This document shows, piece after piece, positions 22,141-31,622 of a stretch of 64,000 nucleotides of DNA. The notes beneath the pieces are model-generated. The model was not told where the DNA came from, did not search any database, and saw only the letters and a program-made list of their open reading frames with translations. The translations under genes and the position numbers were made by a program. Origin of the DNA: an uncultured Candidatus Saccharibacteria bacterium (GTDB lineage Bacteria; Patescibacteriota; UBA1384; JAGGWG01; CAZAJM01). Location of the stretch: contig CAZAJM010000003.1 in NCBI GenBank assembly GCA_964485625.1, positions 6,349-70,348 of the forward strand, read 5' to 3'. The first letter of the stretch is position 1. The number at the start of each line of letters is the position of its first letter.

Positions 22141-22626
22141 ATGAATAATCAAAGAGGACAAAGAAGAAGAGAGAGTAAGTATGACGAAGAGATTATTTCA
22201 ATAGATAGAATCTCTAGGATGACTGCTGGTGGTAGGCGGATGAGGTTTAGATGCGCTATCTGTATTGGAGATCGAAAGGGTAAAGTTGGCATCGGTAGCG
22301 CAAAATCAGATGATATATCCAAAGCAATTAATAAGGCAAAAAAACAAGCTGAGAAAAATATGCTCAAGGTAAACATTGTAGAAGGTACAGTCCCTCATCA
22401 AATAGAAACTAAATTTTCAGGTGCTCATATCTTGTTAAAGCCTGCCGCTACTGGCACAGGTGTTATTGCTGGTGGTGTGGTTAGAAAAGTGCTAGAGTTA
22501 GCCGGAATTGAGAATATACTGAGTAAGTCTTTTGGCTCTCAAAATAAAATCAATAACCTAAAAGCTACTTACCAAGCCCTGGAGAAGTTAAGCCAGGTTA
22601 AAATAGTAGAAAAAAGCGATAAATAA
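22141..22626 (+). CDS. rpsE: 30S ribosomal protein S5
   Basis: S5 dsRBD with C-terminal domain. It is directly followed by L15, with no L30 gene between them. Confidence 0.92.
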   Translation: MNNQRGQRRRESKYDEEIISIDRISRMTAGGRRMRFRCAICIGDRKGKVGIGSAKSDDISKAINKAKKQAEKNMLKVNIVEGTVPHQIETKFSGAHILLKPAATGTGVIAGGVVRKVLELAGIENILSKSFGSQNKINNLKATYQALEKLSQVKIVEKSDK

Positions 22627-22630
22627 AAAG

Positions 22631-23044
22631 ATGAAAACAGACCAATTAAAGAAATTAATAAAAAATAGACGCCGGTCGGGCAGAGGTATATCGTCTGGTA
22701 AAGGCAAGACTGCTGGTAGAGGCACAAAAGGACAAAAATCAAGGTCTGGATACAATATCCCGACCGGTTTTGAGGGTGGTCAAAATCCAATCAAGAAAAG
22801 AATTCCGAAATTAGGTGGTTTTAACAGAGAGTCAAGACCTGCCCAAGTCGTTAATTTAGGTGAGATCTATAAACATTTCAAAACAGGTGCCACTGTCTCT
22901 CCTAGCACTCTTGAAAAGAAAGGTCTTATTAGAGATAAGGAGCAACCAGTTAAGGTTCTAGCAATGGGGTCTGATAAGAGCAAAAAGCTCAAATTTTCCA
23001 GTGATCTGTCTTTCTCTAAGTCTGCTAAAGAAGCCAGCAAGTAA
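22631..23044 (+). CDS. rplO: 50S ribosomal protein L15
   Basis: G/R-rich N-terminus, L15 family. Confidence 0.9.
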   Translation: MKTDQLKKLIKNRRRSGRGISSGKGKTAGRGTKGQKSRSGYNIPTGFEGGQNPIKKRIPKLGGFNRESRPAQVVNLGEIYKHFKTGATVSPSTLEKKGLIRDKEQPVKVLAMGSDKSKKLKFSSDLSFSKSAKEASK

Positions 23045-23064
23045 TATATTTATATATAGAAAAA

Positions 23065-24363
23065 ATGATTGAGAAAATTAAGAAAATTTTCTTAATACCT
23101 GAACTTAGGAATAAGATTGTTGTTACCGCTATTTTGCTTGTTCTCGTTAGAGTTTTAGCCCACATTCCTCTTCCCGGCGTAGATCTTCAGACATTAGAAG
23201 AGTTTTTTAACCAAAATCAATTTTTCGGTCTACTAAATATGTTTAGTGGTGGCACTATGGAGAACTTCTCTATTATTTTAATGGGTGTTGGGCCATATAT
23301 TACTGCCTCAATTATTTTCCAACTACTAGGTATGGTCTGGCCGGCAATAGAGAAACTCCAGAAAGAGGGGCAGGAGGGACAGAAAAAAATTAATCAATAT
23401 ACAAGATTACTGACAGTTCCTTTGGCGGCTATCCAGGCTTGGGCGATGATTCAAGTATTAAGTGGGGCTGGTCAATCGGTTGCTACTACTCAGTTTAGTA
23501 TCGATCTATCAGGGTTTGAACTTATTATGGCGGTTATCACTGTCACTGCCGGAACAGTTCTTTTAATGTGGTTAGGTGAAATTATTTCAGAAAAAGGTAT
23601 TGGCAACGGAATCTCATTGATTATAACATTAGGTATCCTGGCCGGCATACCACAGATGATCCAAAATACTTGGTTGCTTGTACAAGGAGGCGACACTTCC
23701 AAGCTAATTGGTTTAGCTGCTCTGGTTATTCTTTCTGTTGCCATAGTCGTCTTTATTGTCTATATCAACGAAGCAAAAAGGAAGATCCCAGTTTCCTATG
23801 CTAAACAGGTCAGGGGGAGGAAGATGTATGGTGGGGTTGAGAGTTTTATACCATTAAAAATAAATCAAGGTGGAGTTATTCCGATTATATTCGCTATGAG
23901 CATGCTTCTATTTCCTCAGTCTCTGGCTAAGTTTTTAGTTAATGTCAGCAATTCTACTATCAGTAATTTAGCCTCTAGTGTCGATCAGTTCTACTCTAAC
24001 AATCTCGCTTACGGTATTGCCTACTTTATTTTAGTAGTTGCTTTTACTTACTTCTACACAGCAATTGTTTTCAACCCGGACCAAGTCTCTGAAAATCTAC
24101 AGAAACAAGGTGGATTTATCCCTGGAATTAGACCTGGAGAGAAGACTAAGCATTATCTAAACACAGTATTAAACAGAGTTACGTTCAGTGGTTCAATCTT
24201 CCTTGGGCTGATCGCAGTTATGCCATTTATTCTTCAAGCTGTGACGGGTATCACTACTTTCATTGTCGGTGGTACTGGTCTATTGATTGTTATCTCTGTT
24301 GTTCTTGAGACCAAGCGCCAGCTAGACGGCATGGTTACGATGAGAAGCTACGACGAATATTAG
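23065..24363 (+). CDS. secY: preprotein translocase subunit SecY
   Basis: 432 aa with 10 TM segments, in the conserved position after rplO. Confidence 0.93.
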   Translation: MIEKIKKIFLIPELRNKIVVTAILLVLVRVLAHIPLPGVDLQTLEEFFNQNQFFGLLNMFSGGTMENFSIILMGVGPYITASIIFQLLGMVWPAIEKLQKEGQEGQKKINQYTRLLTVPLAAIQAWAMIQVLSGAGQSVATTQFSIDLSGFELIMAVITVTAGTVLLMWLGEIISEKGIGNGISLIITLGILAGIPQMIQNTWLLVQGGDTSKLIGLAALVILSVAIVVFIVYINEAKRKIPVSYAKQVRGRKMYGGVESFIPLKINQGGVIPIIFAMSMLLFPQSLAKFLVNVSNSTISNLASSVDQFYSNNLAYGIAYFILVVAFTYFYTAIVFNPDQVSENLQKQGGFIPGIRPGEKTKHYLNTVLNRVTFSGSIFLGLIAVMPFILQAVTGITTFIVGGTGLLIVISVVLETKRQLDGMVTMRSYDEY

Positions 24364-24381
24364 ACAGCTATAATTATATCT

Positions 24382-25083
24382 ATGAAGATTAAAGCCAATC
24401 CCGGCCAAAAACTAGAGATTAATATTGACGGGGTGAGCTATTTACGTATTCCAGTAAAAACAAAGATAATCACGCCTGAGGACAGTATTGAAGATGTGGC
24501 TGAGAAGAGCCTTAAAGAGATCGTTGAGACAGGCGATGTTGTTGGAATTAGTGAGAAAGCGACGGCCATATCTCAGGGACGGTCCTATCACAAAGATGAG
24601 ATTGAGCCAGGATGGTTGGCTCGTTTTTTGGTTAAATTTGTGACTAAAAGTAGTAGAGGAGTCGGTATATCTAGTCCAGAAACTTTCCAGTTAGCGATCG
24701 ACGAGTGTGGATATTCACGAATCATCTTAGGCTCAATCATTGGAGGAATAGGCAAACTTCTTGGAATTAAAGGGCTTTTTTACTATATCGCCGGGAATAA
24801 GGCTAGGCTGATCGATGGCGCAGCAGAGTATGTTATTCCGCCATATAACAAGCATGTCTCCAAAGGCCCGGCAAGACCGAACCAGGTCTCTGATAAGATC
24901 TCAGAGAAACTTGGAGTAGGAGTAGCAATCATTGATATTAACGACTACGGTGGCCAGGTTGTTGGAGCAAGTAGAAAGATTGGCAAGAAGACCAAGAAAA
25001 AAATAATAGCAATTCTGAAAGATAATCCTCTCGGTCAGTCAGATGAGTGTACACCAATAGTAATTATTAGAAAGAAAAAATAA
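24382..25083 (+). CDS. CofE-like protein (F420-0:gamma-glutamyl ligase-like fold, PF01996-like)
   Basis: DVVGISEKATAISQGR and VGVAIIDINDYGGQVVGAS resemble the conserved CofE blocks. 233 aa. Inserted between secY and adk. Confidence 0.5.
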   Translation: MKIKANPGQKLEINIDGVSYLRIPVKTKIITPEDSIEDVAEKSLKEIVETGDVVGISEKATAISQGRSYHKDEIEPGWLARFLVKFVTKSSRGVGISSPETFQLAIDECGYSRIILGSIIGGIGKLLGIKGLFYYIAGNKARLIDGAAEYVIPPYNKHVSKGPARPNQVSDKISEKLGVGVAIIDINDYGGQVVGASRKIGKKTKKKIIAILKDNPLGQSDECTPIVIIRKKK

Positions 25084-25086
25084 CTC

Positions 25087-25671
25087 ATGGAAAAGATTAC
25101 CCCCATCTTAATTTTTGGTCCCCCGGGATCGGGCAAGAGTATACAAGCTGAGAATGTCGCTGATAAGTTTGGATTACCATATATATCAACTGGCGAATTA
25201 ATAAAAGAATATACCAATTCATCAAAAAATGATTCTACTGTAAAAGAAGCAAAAAAACGATATCAAGAAGGCCAGCCTCAACCAAACGATCTAGTTTTTA
25301 AGCTAATAAGAGAGAGGCTCAATCAGCTAGAACTATCCAAAGCTAGAGCAATCATTTTGGATAACTTCCCGTTCAATAAGGATCAATTCAAATGGTGGCA
25401 AGACTTCTCAGTAAAGAACAATTTCGCACCACTTAGAGGAATCTATTTAGATGTTAGTGAAGATACGATATATAAACGCTTGAAGAGCAGGAAGAGAAGT
25501 GATGACAATAAAGAGGTTGTTGCTAATAGAATAGCCAAATATCGTCAACCGATAGATTTTTTAAGAAATACCTTAGACCGAAAGGGAAATTTAGTTATTG
25601 TCGATGGGGAACCGTCAATTAATAAGGTTAGTAAAAAAGTAACCAATACAGTGGATGAAATTATTAACTAA
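25087..25671 (+). CDS. adk: adenylate kinase (short, no zinc lid)
   Basis: P-loop GPPGSGKS with the AMP-binding region ...YISTGELIKE.... Confidence 0.85.
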   Translation: MEKITPILIFGPPGSGKSIQAENVADKFGLPYISTGELIKEYTNSSKNDSTVKEAKKRYQEGQPQPNDLVFKLIRERLNQLELSKARAIILDNFPFNKDQFKWWQDFSVKNNFAPLRGIYLDVSEDTIYKRLKSRKRSDDNKEVVANRIAKYRQPIDFLRNTLDRKGNLVIVDGEPSINKVSKKVTNTVDEIIN

Positions 25672-26458
25672 GAAAGAGCAGGAAGTCTTAACACGAAATG
25701 GGGAGATTTTGGCTGAAATTCTTAATAAGTTGGCCAACCTAGTAGAACCAGGCAAAAGCGAGAAACAGATTGAAGATCAGGCAGTAACCATGATAAAAGA
25801 GAAATCCGGAGAAGCTGCTTTTCTTGGCTACCCTGGTGGGTCTAAGCCCTACCCGAGTGCAACCTGTATCTCTGTTAATGAAGAAGTAGTTCACTCGCCA
25901 CCAACAAGCTATAAATTTAAACCCGGGGATCTAGTCTCGGTTGATCTAGGTTTCAAAAAAGACGGTCTATATACTGATGCCTGCTTCTCTGTTTTACTGG
26001 AAGGAAGTGATAAAAAACAATTAGAAGAAGACGAGAGACTTCTTCTAACCACCAAAGAGGCTCTAAGGAGAGCTATCGAGATTTCTAAACCAGGTGCCTA
26101 CACGGGCGATATAGGTAATATTATCAATAAGATAGCCTCTGAGGCGGGCCTAAAGACAGTTAAGTGCCTAACCGGCCATGGTATTGGCAGGAAACTTCAT
26201 CAAGAGCCGGCAATATATAACTATGGGAAGAAAGGTACTGGAATTAAGTTGAAGCCAGGTATGGCTATTGCTATTGAACCGATCATTTCTAACGGAAGTG
26301 AAGAGGTTATATCAAGAGTAGATGACCAGTTCAGTCTATATACAAAAGATGGCTCTAAAACGGCTCATTTTGAAGATACAATCCTAATAACAGAAACAGG
26401 CAACAAGGTGTTGACTAAGCAAATTTTTTGTGATAATGTAATTAAAGATATCAAATGA
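25655..26458 (+). CDS. map: type I methionine aminopeptidase
   Basis: MetAP pita-bread fold with the metal ligands D...D...H...E...E. Confidence 0.88.
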   Translation: MKLLTKKEQEVLTRNGEILAEILNKLANLVEPGKSEKQIEDQAVTMIKEKSGEAAFLGYPGGSKPYPSATCISVNEEVVHSPPTSYKFKPGDLVSVDLGFKKDGLYTDACFSVLLEGSDKKQLEEDERLLLTTKEALRRAIEISKPGAYTGDIGNIINKIASEAGLKTVKCLTGHGIGRKLHQEPAIYNYGKKGTGIKLKPGMAIAIEPIISNGSEEVISRVDDQFSLYTKDGSKTAHFEDTILITETGNKVLTKQIFCDNVIKDIK

Positions 26459-26679
26459 CAAGCCAAAAAGACAAACAAAAAATTGAGATGGAGGGAAAGG
26501 TAACAAAAACCTTGCCTTCTACCCAATTTATGGTCGAACTTGAGGGGGGTAAAGAAATTAGAGCCTATCTATCAGGTAAGATGATGATGAATCGAATCAA
26601 TGTTATGGTAGGAGATGAGGTTCTAGTGGAGATGAGTCCCTACGACCTAAGCAAAGGTCGAATCGTAAGAAGAAAATAG
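26455..26679 (+). CDS. infA: translation initiation factor IF-1
   Basis: 74 aa, S1-like OB fold (...[19 protein letters not shown]...). Confidence 0.9.
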   Translation: MTSQKDKQKIEMEGKVTKTLPSTQFMVELEGGKEIRAYLSGKMMMNRINVMVGDEVLVEMSPYDLSKGRIVRRK

Positions 26680-26702
26680 CAAATTTTGTTATTAATGTAG
26701 TT

Positions 26703-26846
26703 ATGAAAGTTAGAGCCAGTGTAACAAAAATCTGCTCAGATTGCCGGATCATAAGAAGAAGTAGCAAGGGCAACAGTAAGCAAAATAAGAAGAAGCGAGT
26801 TTTTGTTATATGCAAAAATCCCAAACATAAGCAGAGACAAGGTTAA
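26703..26846 (+). CDS. rpmJ: 50S ribosomal protein L36 with 9-aa internal insertion
   Basis: Not in the ORF track. Reads [48 protein letters not shown]36 zinc ribbon with an extra SSKGNSKQN segment. Confidence 0.8.
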   Translation: MKVRASVTKICSDCRIIRRSSKGNSKQNKKKRVFVICKNPKHKQRQG

Positions 26847-26856
26847 TCAATAATAT

Positions 26857-27246
26857 ATGCCAGTAAGAATAGCCGGGGTTGATATCCCCGAAAAAAAACA
26901 AGTAAAGTTTGCCCTGACTGAGATAAAGGGTATTGGGCAATCCTTATCTAGCAGTATTTTAAGTCAGGCAAATATCGATCAAAAAACACTGGTCAGTAAG
27001 CTTACAGATAGTGACATAAGAAGGATTAGGGAGGTCATTGAAAGCCAGATAAAGGTAGAAGGAGATTTGAAGCTCGAGGTTAATCAGAATATCAGAAGAT
27101 TAAAAGATATAGATAGCTATCGAGGTGATCGTCATAAGAAAAATTTGCCCGTCCATGGTCAGCGAACAAAAACAAATGCACGAACCAAGAGAGGCAGAAG
27201 AGTAACAGTCGGTTCTGGCAGAAAACCAGCTGCAGAGAAAACATAG
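26857..27246 (+). CDS. rpsM: 30S ribosomal protein S13
   Basis: MPVRIAGVDIP... is the S13 family. Confidence 0.92.
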   Translation: MPVRIAGVDIPEKKQVKFALTEIKGIGQSLSSSILSQANIDQKTLVSKLTDSDIRRIREVIESQIKVEGDLKLEVNQNIRRLKDIDSYRGDRHKKNLPVHGQRTKTNARTKRGRRVTVGSGRKPAAEKT

Positions 27247-27267
27247 AAATTATAATTTTTACATACT

Positions 27268-27702
27268 ATGGGACAGATGAGAGTACAAACTAAGGATGGT
27301 GGTCAAGTTAAATCAAATAAGCAGGCAGTAGCCACTAAGATCAAAAAAGCCGATATTAAAAAGGCTAGAGCTGTTATTAAATCTACTTTTAACAATACCA
27401 GTATTTTTCTATATAATTCTCAAAATGGCAATCTGCTAGTTTGGTCGTCATCGGGAAGATCAGGTTTTAAAGGAACCAGAAAGGGCACGCCTTATGCTGC
27501 CGGAGTAACTGCTAACAATGTTGGCCAACAGGCACTTGATATGGGTATAGAAGAAGTCGATATTGTTGTTAAGGGCATTGGTCAAGGTAGAGACAGAGCA
27601 ATTAGAGGACTGGCCTCAAGTGGGCTGGAGGTGGCTAGCTTAACTGATGCAACGCCAATTGCTCATAATGGCACAAGAGCAAAGAAGCCAAGAAAACCAT
27701 AA
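27268..27702 (+). CDS. rpsK: 30S ribosomal protein S11
   Basis: S11 family. Confidence 0.9.
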   Translation: MGQMRVQTKDGGQVKSNKQAVATKIKKADIKKARAVIKSTFNNTSIFLYNSQNGNLLVWSSSGRSGFKGTRKGTPYAAGVTANNVGQQALDMGIEEVDIVVKGIGQGRDRAIRGLASSGLEVASLTDATPIAHNGTRAKKPRKP

Positions 27703-27725
27703 TAATTAAAACATAAATTTTAAAT

Positions 27726-28436
27726 ATGGCCGAAGAAGAGACAAATACAACAGAAGAAGTCGAGGAAGCTAGTGGTCCGACTGAAACCGAAGAGGCTGGT
27801 AGGGGTTTACGCTACAAAAAATCAAAATCTGTCTGTCGTAGATGTCGCAGACTTAATCAAAAACTATATCTAAAAGGCGAGAAGTGCTTCACCCAAAAAT
27901 GCCCCTTTGTCAGAAGAAAGTATGCTCCAGGTCAGCATGGGCAGAAACCGACCCGTCAATCTGATTATGGTTTCCAGCTACAAGCTAAACAGAAAGCCTG
28001 TGAGATATATAAGATCACGGATCGCCAGTTAAGAAACATCGTTGATACTGCCAGTAAGACTCCGACCTCTACTCAAGAGAAGATTGCTCAACTACTCGAA
28101 ACAAGGTTAGATAGCGTTCTCTACCAGGGCGGACTCGCTCTTTCCAGAAGGCATGGTCGTCAATTGGTAACTCACGGCAAAGTAAAAGTCAACGGCAAAA
28201 AAGTCTCGACCCCCTCATATAAGATAGAAGAGGGAGACAAAATAGAAGTAGATAAGAAGATTATTGGTGGTAATATGGCAGATAATTTTAAACGTCTTCA
28301 GGCAGAAAAACAGAAACCTAAATGGATTAAACTTACTAGTGATAACAAGCTTGAGATTGATAAGATAGATGTTCAAGAATTAGCTCAGCTAGTTGAGTTT
28401 CAAGTTCAACCAATTATTGAATTCTATAGTCGATAA
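27726..28436 (+). CDS. rpsD: 30S ribosomal protein S4 (zinc-finger form)
   Basis: CRRCRR...C...C followed by the S4 domain. Confidence 0.9.
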   Translation: MAEEETNTTEEVEEASGPTETEEAGRGLRYKKSKSVCRRCRRLNQKLYLKGEKCFTQKCPFVRRKYAPGQHGQKPTRQSDYGFQLQAKQKACEIYKITDRQLRNIVDTASKTPTSTQEKIAQLLETRLDSVLYQGGLALSRRHGRQLVTHGKVKVNGKKVSTPSYKIEEGDKIEVDKKIIGGNMADNFKRLQAEKQKPKWIKLTSDNKLEIDKIDVQELAQLVEFQVQPIIEFYSR

Positions 28437-28479
28437 TAATTAAAATTTTACTAACTAAGAAATATTTGTGGAGTAAATT

Positions 28480-29442
28480 ATGAAAATCATTCTACCAAAG
28501 ATCAAACAATTAAAACTGGAAGATAACTATGGGCATTTTGAGATCTCTCCGCTTCAGTCTGGTTACGGCGTCACGCTCGGTAACTCCCTAAGAAGAATAT
28601 TGCTATCATCTCTTGCCGGTGCAGCTGTTAAGAATGTCCAAATAGAAGGAGTTGATCATGAATTCTCAACAATAAATGGCATTAAAGAGGATGTGATCGA
28701 GATTATTCTAGCCTTTAAAAAACTCAACGTTCGTTATGAATCTGATGAGGATGTCGAACTTACTATTAAAGCAAAAGGCCCGGGGAAAATTACTGCTAAA
28801 GACATTGAGGCGCCTAGTAATGTTGAGATAGTTAATCCTGATCTTCATATTGCTACCCTTCAAAAATCGGGAGAACTCTACTCTACAATTACTGTTGGCA
28901 AAGGTATTGGGTATATGCCAGCCGAAGAAAGAGAGGAAGAAGAAAGATCAATTGGTCAGATTGCAATAGATGCTAATTACGCACCGATTGAACATGTTAA
29001 GTATCAAACATCTCAGACGCGTGTTGGTGGCACTACTGATTATGACAAACTGGAACTCCACATTACTACAGATGGAACAGTCGATCCTAACTCAGCCCTA
29101 GTGCAGGCCTCTCAGATCTTAGTTAAGCACTTTAACTTGATTGCCGATCCAGACTCTACAGAAGAGGAAGAGATCGATGCAGAGGTAAAGGAGTCAGAGG
29201 CAAAGAAAGAATCAACTAAGTCAGCTAAGAAGAAAACTAAATCTAAACAAGTAACAAGAGAGACCCCAATAGAAGAGACTGGTCTGCCCGCTAGAACAGT
29301 CAATATTCTTGAATCAAATAATGTCAGGACTGTTGGTGGATTAGCAAGATATAACAAAGACACTCTTGCTGAAATGGAAGGATTAGGGCCAAAATCTATC
29401 GAAGAGATTGAGAAAAAATTAAGCAAGTGGGGTATAGAGTAA
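28480..29442 (+). CDS. rpoA: DNA-directed RNA polymerase alpha subunit (extended acidic/basic NTD-CTD linker)
   Basis: NTD and CTD are conserved. The linker is about 60 aa and D/E/K-rich. Confidence 0.92.
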   Translation: MKIILPKIKQLKLEDNYGHFEISPLQSGYGVTLGNSLRRILLSSLAGAAVKNVQIEGVDHEFSTINGIKEDVIEIILAFKKLNVRYESDEDVELTIKAKGPGKITAKDIEAPSNVEIVNPDLHIATLQKSGELYSTITVGKGIGYMPAEEREEEERSIGQIAIDANYAPIEHVKYQTSQTRVGGTTDYDKLELHITTDGTVDPNSALVQASQILVKHFNLIADPDSTEEEEIDAEVKESEAKKESTKSAKKKTKSKQVTRETPIEETGLPARTVNILESNNVRTVGGLARYNKDTLAEMEGLGPKSIEEIEKKLSKWGIE

Positions 29443-29451
29443 GGAATCATA

Positions 29452-30012
29452 ATGAGACACAGAAAAAGAGGAAAAAAACTAAGCCGAAAAAAGGCTCACC
29501 GTGATAAGTTGGTCCGTAATTTAGTTACTCAGATATTTGAGCATGGTAGAATCAAAACTACCTTAGCCAAAGCAAAATTAGCAAGACCGGCAGTTGACAA
29601 GGCAATAACAACTGCTAAAAAGAATACTCCTGCCGATAAGGAGAGGTTGGCTAAATATCTCTTTACCGATCAAGCCTTGGATAATATCTATAATAAGTAT
29701 TTTGAAGATTTTAAGAAAAGAGAGAGCGGCTACTCCAGGTTGATTAGACTGAGCAGAAGAGGTGGTGATAATTCCAAGATGGCCTATCTTGACTTGCTTG
29801 TTGATGATGAATTGAAACAAACTAAGACCAGCAAATCAGATAGTAAAGACAGTAAGAAAGAGAAAAAAGAAGAGAAACAGAAAGATAAGAAATCATTCTG
29901 GGATCGATTTAGCAGCCAGGAAGGGAAAAAGCAGGATAAAAATATTAAAGAGTCTAAAGCTAAGGCAAATTTAAGAGAGAAGGAATCGACTCAAAGAACA
30001 ACTAGTAAATAA
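29452..30012 (+). CDS. rplQ: 50S ribosomal protein L17 (about 70-aa K/E-rich C-terminal extension)
   Basis: MRHRKRGKKLSRK... is the L17 core. Confidence 0.9.
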   Translation: MRHRKRGKKLSRKKAHRDKLVRNLVTQIFEHGRIKTTLAKAKLARPAVDKAITTAKKNTPADKERLAKYLFTDQALDNIYNKYFEDFKKRESGYSRLIRLSRRGGDNSKMAYLDLLVDDELKQTKTSKSDSKDSKKEKKEEKQKDKKSFWDRFSSQEGKKQDKNIKESKAKANLREKESTQRTTSK

Positions 30013-30015
30013 CCG

Positions 30016-30456
30016 ATGGAAACATATCTACCAAAAAAAGACGATATAAAAAGAGGAGAGTATCTAATAGATGCCAGTAAATTTGTTTTGGGAAGATTAG
30101 CAACAGCTTCATCCCAAATTCTTAGAGGAAAAAAGAAACCCGACTACACCCCCCATCTAGATACAGGAGATTATTTAACTGTTATCAATGCTGATAAAGT
30201 TCAGATAACTGGAAATAAAGAAGAGAATAAATACTATTACAAAGCGACAGGATATACTGGCAACCTAAAAGAGATTAGCCTAAAAGACCTTCTCAAAACT
30301 AAGCCTGAGGAGGTAATTAAAAAAGCTATTGCCGGCATGATAAAAAGTAATCGATTAAAAAAAGAGATACTTAAACGACTAACTGTTTATCCAAGTAGCC
30401 AAGAGCTAGATAAGAAAAAGATAGATAAATTAACCGAAATTAAACCTAAAGAATAA
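30016..30456 (+). CDS. rplM: 50S ribosomal protein L13
   Basis: L13 family. Confidence 0.9.
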   Translation: METYLPKKDDIKRGEYLIDASKFVLGRLATASSQILRGKKKPDYTPHLDTGDYLTVINADKVQITGNKEENKYYYKATGYTGNLKEISLKDLLKTKPEEVIKKAIAGMIKSNRLKKEILKRLTVYPSSQELDKKKIDKLTEIKPKE

Positions 30457-30848
30457 TGGCAAAATACTACGAAGGCATCGGCAGGAGAAAGACTTCAACT
30501 TGTCGAGTAAGAATCACAAAAGGCAAAGGCGAGATCAAAGTAAATCAAAAAAGTTTTAATAACTATTTTGGCGATTTTGAAGATAGGGATTTTATCATCC
30601 AAACTCCCCTAGAGAAGGTTGACCAAAAAGATAAGTTTGATATCTCTGTCTTGGTCAAAGGCGGGGGCAAGAGAGGACAACTAGAAGCGGTTCAATTAGG
30701 ATTGGCCAGAGCACTTGTTAAATTCGATGAAGAGTATAAAGCAACTCTTAAAGCAGAAGGCTACTTAACCAGAGACCCAAGAATGAAGGAGAGAAAGAAG
30801 CCTGGCAAGAAAGGGGCTAGAAGAGGCGCCCAATGGGGCAAGAGATAA
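30456..30848 (+). CDS. rpsI: 30S ribosomal protein S9
   Basis: S9 family, ending with ...GARRGAQWGKR. Confidence 0.92.
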   Translation: MAKYYEGIGRRKTSTCRVRITKGKGEIKVNQKSFNNYFGDFEDRDFIIQTPLEKVDQKDKFDISVLVKGGGKRGQLEAVQLGLARALVKFDEEYKATLKAEGYLTRDPRMKERKKPGKKGARRGAQWGKR

Positions 30849-30862
30849 AAAGCAATTTTATG

Positions 30863-30892
30863 TCGGAAGGACAAACCTTCCGATTTTTGTTT
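30863..30892 (+). terminator. rho-independent terminator after rpsI
   Basis: tcggaagg-acaaa-ccttccga followed by tttttgttt. Confidence 0.75.
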
Positions 30893-30915
30893 ATTTAAGA
30901 TATAATTAAACTATT

Positions 30916-31248
30916 ATGACTAGAAGACAACCAAGTGTAGAGGAACTGATTCAGCAAGAGACAGCTAAGCTAGTTCAGGAAACATTACCTAAGGAGATAG
31001 TGGCAACAGTTACGGACGCTAAAGTCAGCAAAGATATGAGACATGCCGATATCTGGGTAGCTGTTTATCAGGAAAATAAAGAAGAGCAGGCTCTAGCTAT
31101 CTTGGAGGAAGGTAAGTATAAAATTCAGGATTTACTAAATAAGAAAGTTGAGATCAAATATGTCCCCAAGATCAGTTTTAAGTTAGATAAGACTGGGGAG
31201 AGGGCCGAGAAGATAGACCGCCTACTAAATAAAATTAATAGTAAGTAG
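30916..31248 (+). CDS. rbfA: ribosome-binding factor A
   Basis: 110 aa of RbfA-like KH fold (...VTDAKVSKDMRHADIWV...). Confidence 0.75.
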   Translation: MTRRQPSVEELIQQETAKLVQETLPKEIVATVTDAKVSKDMRHADIWVAVYQENKEEQALAILEEGKYKIQDLLNKKVEIKYVPKISFKLDKTGERAEKIDRLLNKINSK

Positions 31249-31252
31249 ATAG

Positions 31253-31612
31253 ATGCCTCTGGTATTATTGAATTTAATCGTTTGGATTTTTGGCATTGCT
31301 TCAGCCATTATTTTTAGCTTATTATTGTTCTTAGTTAATCCTTTCCAGGCTGAACTGGGCTACCTAATCGCTTTCTTTGTCTCTCTTTTCTTCTTACTAA
31401 CAGCTCTTCTCTCTTTAATCGGCTACTATATTAGAGAAGCTATCAATAGCAAGTCCGGAACTGGATTGATGGTCTCCTCGATCAGACAATCAAGCTTGAT
31501 ATCTCTCTACCTATTAAGTATCATCATTATGCAGGCTACCAATACCTTTGCCCTGTGGCAGGCAATATTGCTATTAGTGGTAGTTGTCTTGCTTGAACTA
31601 TACTTTCGCTAA
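31253..31612 (+). CDS. small hypothetical membrane protein
   Basis: 119 aa with 3-4 hydrophobic helices. Confidence 0.45.
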   Translation: MPLVLLNLIVWIFGIASAIIFSLLLFLVNPFQAELGYLIAFFVSLFFLLTALLSLIGYYIREAINSKSGTGLMVSSIRQSSLISLYLLSIIIMQATNTFALWQAILLLVVVVLLELYFR

Positions 31613-31622
31613 AAAGCTAGAT

